From assembly GCA_010015585.1 (NCBI GenBank), contig ML975166.1: a stretch of 47,984 nt of DNA; one strand, written 5' to 3'. Position numbers and translations under genes: made by a program. How positions within the stretch are numbered: the stretch's first letter is position 1; every line of letters starts with the position of its first letter. The notes beneath the pieces were generated by a model. The model did no database searches and was not told where the DNA came from. It worked only from the letters and a program-made list of their open reading frames with translations. This DNA is from Eremomyces bilateralis CBS 781.70 (Eukaryota). Positions 36,982 to 47,984 of the stretch are shown here, piece by piece.

Positions 36982-37436
36982 ATTGGACCGGTCGGCGGAG
37001 GACCGTTGATGATTGACGTCGGGGATAACGGACGGGCGGAACCTAGGAGCATTGGATGGCGCGCGATATCACGATGGTGCGGGACACTGCATGGGTTGGC
37101 TGACTGCATGGACTGGCCAAGTTAGCCCGACGTGAATAGAGCGGAGGGGATTTGTACGATGCGTTCAGTGATTTTGAATATCATTCATAGACTCGGCGTA
37201 AGCACGACAAGCACATTGTGGATGTTACATTACTCAATGAAAGTAGACGGTTATACCGTGTCATGGAGAGATAAGAATCGGATCTTCCATCCCCACATCC
37301 AAGTGATGAGACTAGACTTACATGTATGAATTTCAAGGCAACCGGACCCAACCTATCCTGACGCCGCGCCCACTTCTCTCAAAATGAGAGAAGATGCGCA
37401 TTGGGTGTACCTTATCTCCGGAGCTTCCCTCCCCAC

Positions 37437-38061
37437 TCAATCCTCCCAAACACTCCGCATCCTCTCCTCCTTCTTCCTCTCCTCCTCCCTCGCCTCCTCC
37501 ACCCGCCTCCTCTCCCTCTCCCTCGCCTCGTCCCTCCGCTTCCTCTCCCGCTCCCTCACCACCTTCTCATACTCCTTCTCCTCCTCCGTCGCCCGTCCCA
37601 CCTTCACCCCCAGCGCCCCCGCAATCAGCCGCCGCGCCACCGCCGCCGACTTGTCCGGTCGTACGGACGCGTCGCCGGAGCTGGTGGGTGTCGTCCTGGA
37701 GGAGGATGCGTAGGAGGGGTGGAGAGAGGAGAGGTGAGTGTCGTGGGAGGGGAAGGTCGCGGATGGTGAGGCGGGGGTAGGCGGTGGTGGGGAGGGAGAC
37801 TGGGCCGGCACTACGCCTCCATCGGAGCTTGCAGACGCTTTCGTGGGCTGTTTCTCAGGCTTGGTTGCGGTGTCATCATCAGAGAACTCGTCCTCCCAGG
37901 AATCGGCGACGGGTTCGGCAGGTGGTTTTTTCGAGGCGGAGTTTCTGGGGGAGATTTCGAGTTGGGAAATATCGGGGAGGGAATCTGGGGAGGTTAGTCG
38001 AACTACGGGTGCTGATCGGGGCGGCTGGCATTGAAACACCTTTTGCTGACTTGGGGGCCAT
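37437..38061 (-). CDS. Conserved fungal hypothetical protein with C-terminal charged coiled coil, 2 exons
   Basis: MAPKSAK, intron 37985-38039 (GTGTTT..ACTAAC..CAG), then VADSWEDE, RPDKSAAVARRLIAGALGVK and an E/R/K-rich helix ending SVWED*. Confidence 0.8.
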
Positions 38062-38498
38062 GGGGAAGGGTGGGATTGCAGAGAGGCGGAGTTATACGAA
38101 GCGATTGAGCAGGCGTGAGAGCGTCGATGTGGCGGATACGGTGGATGGTTGGTCTATACTATATCATTGTTGTACGAATACCTTTTCAGTATATAAAACG
38201 GCGAAGGAACAATACTAAGTCTTCTCTCATCCATCGGGTTCAGAAATTGCGGAATAACGCGGGGGGTGGGGGAGGCTTGGCGCTCTGCTGGACAATCCTC
38301 CGTTCCAACGAAATCTCAAGAGTCCACGCCTCAAATAACACCTCAGGAGTAAGGACTCAGGAGGCATGACGTGCCATACCCGCCGATGGGTAAAGCCAGC
38401 CTCCGATATTCCACCTCAAAGCTCTATCCCGTGATTCGGCAGAGTCCGAGGCCTGAAGCCGTCAGCCGACACTGGGGAACCCGAAACCGGAGAGCCGC

Positions 38499-38538
38499 TA
38501 TTCCCTGGTTATTCCCTGGTTATTCCCTGGCTATCCCC
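38499..38538. repeat. 11-bp tandem repeat TATTCCCTGG(T/C) x3 plus a partial copy, in a divergent promoter
   Basis: Read directly. Confidence 0.9.
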
Positions 38539-38724
38539 GAGCATTGCCGTGGGAATAATCATGTCCGTCCGTATAAATACACGAGGCAGGTCCTCAATTG
38601 TGTGACAACTGCTTGAATTCTTCTTGGATGTGGATGTATACTGGACGGGACATGTAAAACAGCGTATACGTCTTTGAAATCCGCGTTCCGTTCATTTGTA
38701 TACCCGCAAAAGCTCCCCGGCATC

Positions 38725-40992
38725 ATGCTTCGCTCCTCTCGGCATCTCCTCTCCTCCCCCTCGATCCCCCATTCTGCCCGCCTCTTTTCCTCATCCGCGG
38801 TCCACCATGACTATTCCGACACGATCGGAAACCTCAAAATCGGCAAGGACACCCGCGTCATCTTCCAAGGCTTCACCGGCCGCCAGGCCACCGCCAACGC
38901 GAAGCAGTCCATCGAATGGGGGACGAACATCGTCGGCGGCGTGAGGCCCGGCAAGGAAGGCGAGCATCTGGGCCTGCCCGTGCTCCCGAGCGTGCGGAAG
39001 GCGAAGGAGCTGCTGAATCCGCACGCGACAGGCATTTATGTCGCGGCGCATCAGGCCACCGGGGCCATTGAGGAAGCCATCGAGGCGGAGATTCCGCTGA
39101 TCGTGGCGGTGGCGGAACATATTCCGCTACATGATATCCTGCGTGTAAGTCCAAACCTCGAAACCATGCCATTGGTTTTCGTGCCTCGCAATGGGAGCTG
39201 AGAGAAGCCAGATCCACTCCGTTTTGCAGACGCAATCGAAATCGCGCCTCGTCGGAGCCAATTCCCCAGGGATCATCTCCGCCCTGGGCCACTGCAGAAT
39301 CGGATTCCAGCCCCTCCCAACCTTCTTACCCGGCCATGTGGGTATCATCGCCAAATCCGGGACTCTCGGCTACGAGACCGTCGCGTCGCTCACCCGTGAA
39401 GGGCTCGGCCAGAGTCTTTGCATCGGCATGGGCGGCGACGTCGTCGCCGGAACCAACTTCGTGGACGGCTTGCGTCTCTTCGAGCACGATGATGATACCG
39501 AGGCCATCATTATCGTGGGAGAGGTGGGTGGACGGGCCGAGGAAGATGCGGCGGAATGGATCGCGGACTATAAACGGCGGACGGCCAACCCCAAGTGAGT
39601 TTCGAGAATAAGGGCATAGGAGGAGTTCCAACTGACCAAATATCAGGCCGATCGCCGCCCTCGTGGGAGGCATGTGCGCGAAGCCAGGCTATGTGATGGG
39701 CCACGCGGGAGCATGGGCAGCGCCTGGTGAATCATCATCGTGGGAGAAGTTCAGGGCACTGGAGAACGCCGGAGTGGCCATGGTGGACCATCCATCGAAG
39801 TTCGGCGGCGTGATGAAGACGCTCCTTGCCAACAGCGGGCGAAATGTCGAGAAGATCGTGAGTTCACTTGAACCTAGACACCGTAGCCGTTCTTCTAACG
39901 CAATGGAAACAGAATCAATCCGCGAGCGCTGCTCAACGGAGAGGATACCACACCTCGTCCCGACGCACTCCTGTCCGTCCCACTCTCCCATCCGCGACTC
40001 CGCATGTCAACGACCGCCGGAGCCTGCACATCAGCGCCGACCAAGCCGGCCAAATGCTCTCCTCGCGGGGCTTCCCCGTCTCCGCGGACGAGCCGACCCC
40101 TTCCGACTCCCAGCTTCTCGTCCTCACCGTGGACCGCACGGCACGAACCCCCTGCATCATCGCATCGCCGACGACCAACCCGTCTGGCGTCCACAAGCGA
40201 GCGGCCAAATTCCCCTTCGACCACCGCGCCGGCCCCACGTCGACGACGGTGTCCGCGATCCTGAACCACCTGCAACTCGGCTCTGCACCACCCACAGTCC
40301 AGTCGTCCGTCGGCAAGCTGATCAACTCCCTCTACGACATCTACACATCCCACGAGGCCGTCTCGCTATCCGTGCACGTCTCACTTTCTCCACCGTCCGA
40401 GTCCACCCCGTCCCCACCCCTTCAGATCACCTCCCCCAACTTCTCCTTCGACGACGCCGCCTTCCGCAGCTGCAAGCGTCACGCCGACCTGCACACCACC
40501 TCGCGCGTCACCACGGGGACCCACCCCACCGAACTGGCCGCTGAGCCGCACGGCATCGTCTACGTCCACCTGACGAACCCCGACGCCCGCATCGGCACCC
40601 TGGTGAACGGCGCGGGCCTCGCGATGAACACCGTCGACGCCCTCGCCGCGCGCGGCGGCCAGGCGACCAACTTCCTCGACACCGGCGGCAAGGCCACGTC
40701 CGACACCGTGAAGACGTCGTTCGAGCTGATCCTCCGCGATGAGCGCGTCAAGGTTGTGTTTGTGAATATCTTCGGGGGCTTGACGCTGGGCGATATGATT
40801 GCTGAGGGTGTCATTAAGGCGTTCCGGGAGTTGGGTTTGGATAAAGAGGGGGCGGTGCCGGTCGTGGTGAGAATCCGGGGCACAAATGAAGAGGCGGGGC
40901 AGACCATGATCAAGGAGAGTGGGCTGCCGTTGTATGCATTTATTGATTTCGAGGAGGCCGCCGCGAAGGCAATCGAGTTGGCCGGACGATGA
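38725..40992 (+). CDS. Succinyl-CoA synthetase-like alpha + beta-derived fusion protein with mitochondrial presequence, 4 exons
   Basis: Alpha half: TRVIFQGFTG, LVGANSPGII, AKSGTLGYE, GLGQSLCIGMGGD, phospho-His motif MGHAGA. Beta half: FSFDDAAFR, IGTLVNGAGLAMNT, NFLDTGG, VNIFGG, VVVRIRGTN. Introns 39145-39211, 39595-39646 and 39858-39912 join both halves with no stop. Confidence 0.9.
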
Positions 40993-41621
40993 ACACCGTC
41001 GAAAGTTGGATTGCACTGTACATATTGGTAGATCATTTAGACTTGATGCGCATCAAAAGACCTTTGAAGATGAATGTTTCCTCGTACAGTTGGGCATTAA
41101 GCGGAGCGTGATACAAATGCAGATATCACAAAGACGCGGGCATGATGAGCACCATGTGGCTTAAGACTTGCTTCCATTTCATGACTCCTATCTAGATGAA
41201 AGAATCTACCCTCTGTAGAGTCCTCCTATCTGATGCTTCTGATCTGTTAATCCACCTTGCAACGAACTATCGTGATGTCACTCTGGGCACCACCCGACTC
41301 ATCTCTCAGAATCCTCCATGATCAACCTATTCTCTCTTCTCAATCTCATCCGTCCATCTCATAGCTTTTTTTTGTGATTTTCTGTCAAATATGAAAAGAA
41401 AAAGGAACCGGGGCAGGCATGTGTATGAGGATTGGGGAAACCATGCGTAGAATTAGTGTTAATGGTGCTGTGTGAAGTGCCTTTGAAGAAGTGCCCATGA
41501 CCCGAGTCCGAGGAAGCCAGGATGAAGGAAGCAAGCCGAGTTATATGTAGCGACTCCGAGCAATGACGCTTACTTAAGACTGCCGAAATGGAGTGCAGGG
41601 CAGTAGCTGGAAATTCCGGGT

Positions 41622-43603
41622 CTACTCTTCAGCCTTGATCGTGATGGAAGAGTCAGATGTAAGGAATTTGTTGTCGTCTGCTTCGACCGTGATGCGGACG
41701 CCAGCATCAGAGCCAGGAGAAGAGACAGCAGAGCCGACAGTGGAGTTGGCGGTGGGCGTGGTATCACCACTGACTCCGCCCACACGAGTCAAGAGGTCGG
41801 TCTGGAGTGCCGCATATTTGCTGTGGAATACGTTAGCGAAGAAGATCATTGGGTATGGAGGAGAGAGTTACCCATCAGAGGAAACGGCACCAAGTTCAGC
41901 AGGCATAGCCATGCGAGGGAGCTGAACTTCGGGAATGTTCCCCAGACGGGCCTGAGCCACACCGAACTCAAACTCGGCCGCGCGGAATTGACGAGCAGCG
42001 GCGGTCTGCTGCTTGAGAAGCTTCTGTTCATGGGTGTCGGAGAAGCGAATCTGAATGACATGGTCTTCCCCACCCGCCTTCTTGATCGTAATGTTGTTGA
42101 AAGTGCCGATGACTTCCTCACAAACATCGCGAGTCTCGAATCTGTGCTGAGAGTCAGACTGTTGTGAGAGAAAAGTGAAGAAGCTCACCTGGCAAAGCCG
42201 ACTCCACGGCCATGGCCATCCGAGGAACGAAGGATGCGAGAGGAGATAACATGGTGCGGAGCGAAGATCTCAGAGAGCTCATGCTCATTCATGTTCCGAG
42301 GGATGTTGGAGACGTAGAGGTTGGTGTTTCCCTCGTCAGAAAACTTCTTAAGCTTGGAGTAGAACGATTCCTGTACACAAGAGTCAGTGGAGTTGAGGAC
42401 AGTGAGTGGTGGCAGCAACCTACCCTCGCAAAACTGCACTCATACCCGAGGTGATGGAAACCACGGATGCAACCCTCAGCATCCTCGTAGTTGTGGTACT
42501 TGATGAAACCGAAGCTATTCCTTTCAGTGAATGAATAGTGTGATGGAGGGTCGAAGAACTCACCCCTTGCACTGATTCGACTTCATGTCAATGATAGCCT
42601 TGGAAGATTGAATCTCCCCAAAGCGTGCCCCATAGGCATAGAGCATGTCATCAGTGGTCTCGGGATGGAGGCCACGGATGTAGACATTGGTCTCGCCATT
42701 CTTGTTCTCCAAGGCACGATCAAGCGGCTTGACAGGAGAGCTAGGCGCAGGAATGGCGCGAGGAATGGTAGGCTCCTTGTTCAGAAGGAGCTGAAGATGC
42801 AAAGGAAGCTGAACAGGTGCCGTCTGCTTGACAGGAGTGACCAGATTGAAAGCCAGAAGGTTGGTCGGAGACGGCGTCAGGGCCACGTTCGGCGTGGAAC
42901 GATCAAAGACGGCCACCTGGCCACTGCCAGCTCCATACGGAACTGGAGTGGGAGGGACATCCTGGTCATTGGAAGAAATGCTCTCCCGGCGAGAGTTGAT
43001 CATGCTGGGTGTGACCATCGTGGAGTCAGAGGGCAAGACGCCACGCGGAGTCCACTGGTGAGCCGCATCGCCGTTGTACTGAGTGTACTGACCCGGATGA
43101 ACGAACTGTCCCATCTGACCGTACAGATTGGATCCGGCCTGAACTTGTCCACCGCCATACATCATCCCGGTGTTGTGACCCCCATACATCGGCATGGCAG
43201 GGTATTCGGCAACTGAGTGCCCTGCAAGCTTATGAGCCACAGGGTTGTAGGAAGGAGGAGTGGTCAAAGCAAGCCCACCGAAATTGTTGACCAAGTGGTT
43301 CATGGCATCGCCGGCGTTCTGAGCCCCCGCTCCAGAATGATAGGGGTAAGGACGAGTCCCGTAGCCACTGTAGCCGTTCGCACCGGTTGCAGAATAGTTC
43401 TTGGTGAGATGGGTCGGGGTGTAGTCCTGCTTGCGACCAGACATGTTTGCATGGAGGTTGCTCATGTTGATGTTGGCTGAATCACTAGAAATTAGCCTCT
43501 TCTGCTCATCCTGGCGAGAAAGTGCGGCAAGTGCTTGAGCACCGATGAGCTGATTAACAATAAGCGCGTCGATGCCAGCTGGACGCTTAGGGGGAGAAGC
43601 CAT
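41622..43603 (-). CDS. Two-RRM RNA-binding protein (MSSP/RBMS; Rim4/Spo5-like), 5 exons
   Basis: RRM1 TNVYIRGL...CKGFGFIKY; RRM2 TNLYVSNIP...GRGVGFARF; IQIRFSDT. First intron 42515-42563 plus three further canonical introns. Long G/Y/N/Q/M-rich N-terminus. Confidence 0.88.
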
Positions 43604-44144
43604 GATTGATGAACTGCGAGGATGAAACGGGTATTAAAGCTCTTTGCCAGCAACTGAACTTGAATAGGGAAAACTTTTGAGAAACGAAGTGCTGAGAACA
43701 ACTTAAAGGTATCCGAAGCAATGCGGGAATGAAAGTTGTTTGGTGGAAAAGCAAGAAAGCAAGAAGAAGTGGTGGTGGGAAGAAGAAGCGTTGGGATCGT
43801 ATAGGGAAAGGGAGAAAGCGAAGAAAAGAAGTGCTAACAACAACTGAGAGTGACTGAAAGCAACAGAGAAAATGAAGATCTGCGTAGCAGAAAGAAGTGG
43901 AAGTGGAACGAAGAAGTGAAGAGTAGATGTATTGTGACCAACTTAGGGGTTGCTGGAAACAGGTGCCTTTTGGTGTACGAAGAGATGGCACAGGAGCACG
44001 AGGAAGAGAAGTTTCAAAGGACTTTGAAGAACGCAAGTGGATGCAGAATGTAAAAGAAAGATCAAGAAAAAGGTGTATTGGGAGTAGGGTGACTCTGGCA
44101 TCGAGAGTTGACAAGTTCAGTTCAGTGGGAATTGCTCAAGTTGG

Positions 44145-44174
44145 GTGAATGTGAATGTGAATGTGAATGTGAAC
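44145..44174. repeat. Hexamer microsatellite (GTGAAT)4 GTGAAC
   Basis: Read directly; lies in the upstream/leader region of the RRM gene. Confidence 0.9.
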
Positions 44175-47100
44175 TTTCGCTGCCATGCATGCCAATGGGA
44201 TGGCTTTCATTCCATTCACTCTGTCCTGACTCGAGACGGGCGGAAAGACCAGCGGAAGACCGGCGGAAAGACAAGAGAGAAAGGACTTACATCTAATTCC
44301 GTGAGAGGGAATTGAGAACTGCGTTTAGATACCACTGTAAGGGCAAAAGCAGACCTGGTGGAAGAATGTAAGTAGTTATTTCCAATAGAATGAGTTCGTA
44401 GAGAATGCTTGACAAAGCTAAACTAGATAGATGTGAAGGGATGTGTAAGTGAGTGGGTGAGGATGGATGGAGCAGTGTGGGTGAGTGGGTTAATAAGAAG
44501 GATGTGTGCTGCTATTGTGATAACAGCAGATAGTTCCCATTGTCAAGAAACATGACAGTCGGGATGCATATTCAAACAGACAACAACCACTGAACTACAG
44601 TTCGAATATATGGAGCGAATCCAAAGAACATTGTTCACTCTGGCCGAGGTGCCGAGTCGGCTGGCCAACTGACAATATGGCAGACTAGCAGAGAAGGGGT
44701 GGCATTGGCAAGAGGACAGAGGTCTTGACATGACAGTCGAAGGAGCAGAGATGAGACCAGGTGAAGAAGATAGGGAGACTGAAATGACATACCAAAGAGC
44801 GGCTTTGTCCAAATCCTGGAGGGCGAAGTATGTCGACCGAGGCCAAGGAATCCTGGGAATGAGAGGTGCTGTCAGCAATCGGAGAGTTGACTATAAGTAC
44901 GAGCAAGGACAACACAGATGATGTCGGAGAAGGGGGAAGGCATGATGAAGTCAAAGGGAGAGACTCACAGTTAGGCAAAGAGCTGAGGAACAATGTGCAC
45001 GAAGCTGATGTTGATGAGGCGGAAAACTTGTGATGCAAAATCAAGATCGTATGAGTGCTGGTGAGAGTGGATTGGAATGGAGAAGAAAAGATGAAGACGA
45101 GCGGAGAAGAGAGAGAAGAGATATAATCCCAGGCAGAAAGGATGTTGGATAAGAGGAAGGAGCATACAATCCACCTCTTGCCATTGCTATTGAGCTGCTC
45201 TTGCTCCGAATAGTGATTGTGCTGAATAGAGAAGGCACATCATTGTCAATAGACAGCAGCACTCCTCCAAGGCCGCGGCAGAATCATCGTGGAGAATAGA
45301 TGGATGCAATACAGCATGGAATGCGGCAAGACACAACCACCGTTTATTGTCCTTGCCAACTCGGCACTTTCGTCCTCTTGACAAAGGGAAGTTGGAACAG
45401 AGGGAAGCAACCGGAAGAACAGCAAACACGCAATTGCTTGGTCATGATTTGCGAACATCGCAGCCACATACCTGTTCGGTTCTTGCGTCTATTAGCAGCG
45501 CTCTCGGCAGAGTCAATACCCCAGATACTGTACGGGTGTCATGAATGACGGTGGGCAGGTAACAAAGGATGATGTCTGGCTACCCGAATTGGAAATCCCA
45601 ACAAGATGAGCATCAATCAAAACTGCATCGATGACAATGGAGACTGGGGATAAGAATATTGGTAACAATGCTGACAAGCTTATCCTCCTGCTTGAGCTGT
45701 CGTAGTGATGCTGGCATAAATACGAGTAAGATGAAAGTGCTGGGGCGAGTCAACCGCTGCGGAAACCAGGCCATCGTTCAATCGAGTTGGCATCACACTG
45801 TCTTTAAGTATCTGTCCGTATCGCCCATCAAAATCCGCTCGAAACTGCTCTATGATATGCAATTAAGACTAGGATCAGGTCAATTGCGAACTGCCATGAT
45901 GCCGCAGGCGTGGCGTCGAGACATTTTCTAGAATCCTTCGTCCGGGCCTTGTCATACCTGCGAGATGCTGTAAAGGCCAACTCTGTGATGCAGGACGACG
46001 CTATGTTTTCCACTTTAGGCCGGGAAGCTCGCGCCATTGCAGACAGCAGCGTCTCCACTCTGCGAGGTGGCTATGGGGAGGATGGTCTAAACAAGCACAA
46101 CATCCTGTACGCCACAGCCGTTGGGGACTTGACGTTGAAATAGCTTGGTCAAGCTGCATCAACCCCATGTTGTACCAACAATGCGATGAAGCTGGAGTGG
46201 GAGGTCCCAAGTCCATGGCGCCTTCATATGACCAGCCAGACCGCAGTCCATTGCGGTCTGCTTGGGAGGCAATCTATACACGACAAAGAATCATTCTACG
46301 CTGCAAGCTGTAAGCATGAGATTTGCCGACCGGAATAGCAATGGTTGTGAGGGAGAAACTGAACGGCCAAGGAGTAATGCACTTAGCCAGGCCTGTGGAG
46401 ATGAAGAAACGATGCGGACGCGACTCGGCAGATTGCACAGGCTGTACACAAAAGAACACAGATCGGATAGAAATCAAACGTTCGATACTTCACCCACAGG
46501 CAAATTAGCACCACAAGCGAGCGCAAATAATCCCGGGTGATTCTTTGGCGATCCAGGACCCAGGTTTTAATATGATTTGCGATTCCAAGGCGTCCGGAAA
46601 CTGCTGCCGACAGATCTGTGCCCCTCCAAAACCGGTGCCGGGAAGTCTCACAACATCCCGCCGTTATCCTGAAGGCTAAACGCCGACCGACGATCAATCC
46701 CTTCTCCATGGGAAGGCTTGGATATCAACTTGTTCAACACAGAAACGGAGCGGGCGGCTGGAGGTTTCGTTGCTCCGTGACACCCGTTACAGGTTTGCAG
46801 GTAGCCGTGGTCGGAGCGGGTGGTCGTAGAACCCAGCAATGCTTCCCAATCCGCTCGACTCAACATGAACCGATCACCTGGTCTGGCGACAGAACCATCG
46901 AAACGATCGAAACACGAAATGGCGACTCGATTGGATAGACAGGATATTTGGAACTTGCAGCGAGTAGTGAGATAGAGGAAGTGAGGCTTAAAAGAGCCTC
47001 ATGTGGGACCATGACGGACATTCGACCGTTGAGTAAACGCATGTAGGAACGAGACATGGCTGTTCTTGTAACTTCTGAGCAGAAGCGGAAACGAGGCTGA

Positions 47101-47820
47101 GATCCATACCATGTAGGTATTCCATTCCAGTAAGATCCTTCCTGGGGATGTCGGTCTTGTGCCCCCGGTACGGTGTGTACTGTACGCCCAACGCCATGTC
47201 CAAGGCAGGGGAGTAAGCTAGGTATTTGTTCGGTACCGACGATGCTGTGGACAGCAAGACGGCTGAGATCTGCAAAGAAGGCTTTATAGAAAGAGGACGA
47301 CCCAAGGATTCGGTCGGATCAATCGTTTGATGACTTTTGGTTCACGTCGATATGAGACGTTAGGTATTACTCGAGGATTTCGACATTGCGGAAGAGAACA
47401 TGGACTCTGGTGATTCGGAAACGCCTCAGATCGCCCTGTGCTCGGTTAATGATCTTGCTAATTAATAGATAATGAAATGCGCAGGTAGGAAAGTATGAGA
47501 CACTCCAGGCATCCATCGAGCAACGAGAAGCTTGAATTGTGTTGATATCAGGACTTGAGTCTCGACAAGTCCGCACACAGTTGCAGGGCTACCGTACTAA
47601 GATCCCTCCGCCTATTGGCTGGAGTGCAGGCAGATCACATGGTTGGAGGTCAACACCAAAGGTTCCCCTTTCGCCGGGGAGATGATCCACTCCCTAAAAG
47701 CTGCTCAATCTAACGTAATCCACCAGCGAGCTAGCCAAACCAGTGAGTTAGCCACCTCAAAATCTCACCAAAATCGGGGTATTTCATAGCCCTGGATCTC
47801 AACAACAGCATTATAAATTT

Positions 47821-47839
47821 ATAATAATAATAATAATAA
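47821..47839. repeat. (ATA)6 microsatellite in an AT-rich patch
   Basis: Read directly. Confidence 0.85.
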
Positions 47840-47984
47840 GAATCAATTTAACGTACTATCTGGATCCCTTTCGGGTCTATGAGCACGGCATTCTATCTGG
47901 TCTGCCGCGGGCAAAAGTTTCCCCGTAGCCCTGAGGCTGCGGGTACATAAAATCCCGCCTCCTCCCTTTAGTAGACTATCTCAA

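Noticed and set aside
39858..40544. Read-through ORF 39663-40544 as a stand-alone alpha-subunit C-terminus
   Set aside because: It runs through a canonical 55-nt intron into an out-of-frame, low-complexity translation of the beta half.
45650..47300. Short ORF fragments that might be a degraded gene
   Set aside because: Somewhat protein-like, but I cannot assign a family or link the frames.
47861..47960. Hammerhead ribozyme or TPP riboswitch
   Set aside because: Lacks the CUGANGA/GAAA hammerhead core and the CUGAGA...CUGAU TPP motifs.

Overview
Intron-containing nuclear DNA of a filamentous ascomycete (Pezizomycotina; GT-AG introns of ~47-145 nt with CTRAY branch points). I reconstructed genes by hand across ORF breaks. 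Apparently intact genes: a G1/S cyclin, a secreted amidase-signature protein, eIF2B-alpha (GCN3), the iron-responsive GATA repressor SreA, Tvp15, a peroxisomal D-amino-acid oxidase, Pex12, Nmd3, bifunctional BioDA, two conserved hypothetical proteins, a succinyl-CoA-synthetase-like alpha/beta fusion and a two-RRM Rim4/Spo5-like RNA-binding protein. Three loci look disabled: a HAK/KUP K+ transporter (frameshift and odd GC donor), an alpha/beta hydrolase (frameshift, nonsense codon, broken GxSxG) and a HET-domain relic. The most interesting feature is the SCS-like fusion. Its alpha and beta halves are joined by an Arg/Ser/Thr-rich, nearly acid-free linker resembling an internal mitochondrial presequence, and its beta half lacks much of the ATP-grasp domain. 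I found no tRNA, rRNA, CRISPR array or recognisable transposon. All family assignments come from motif recognition, not database searches.
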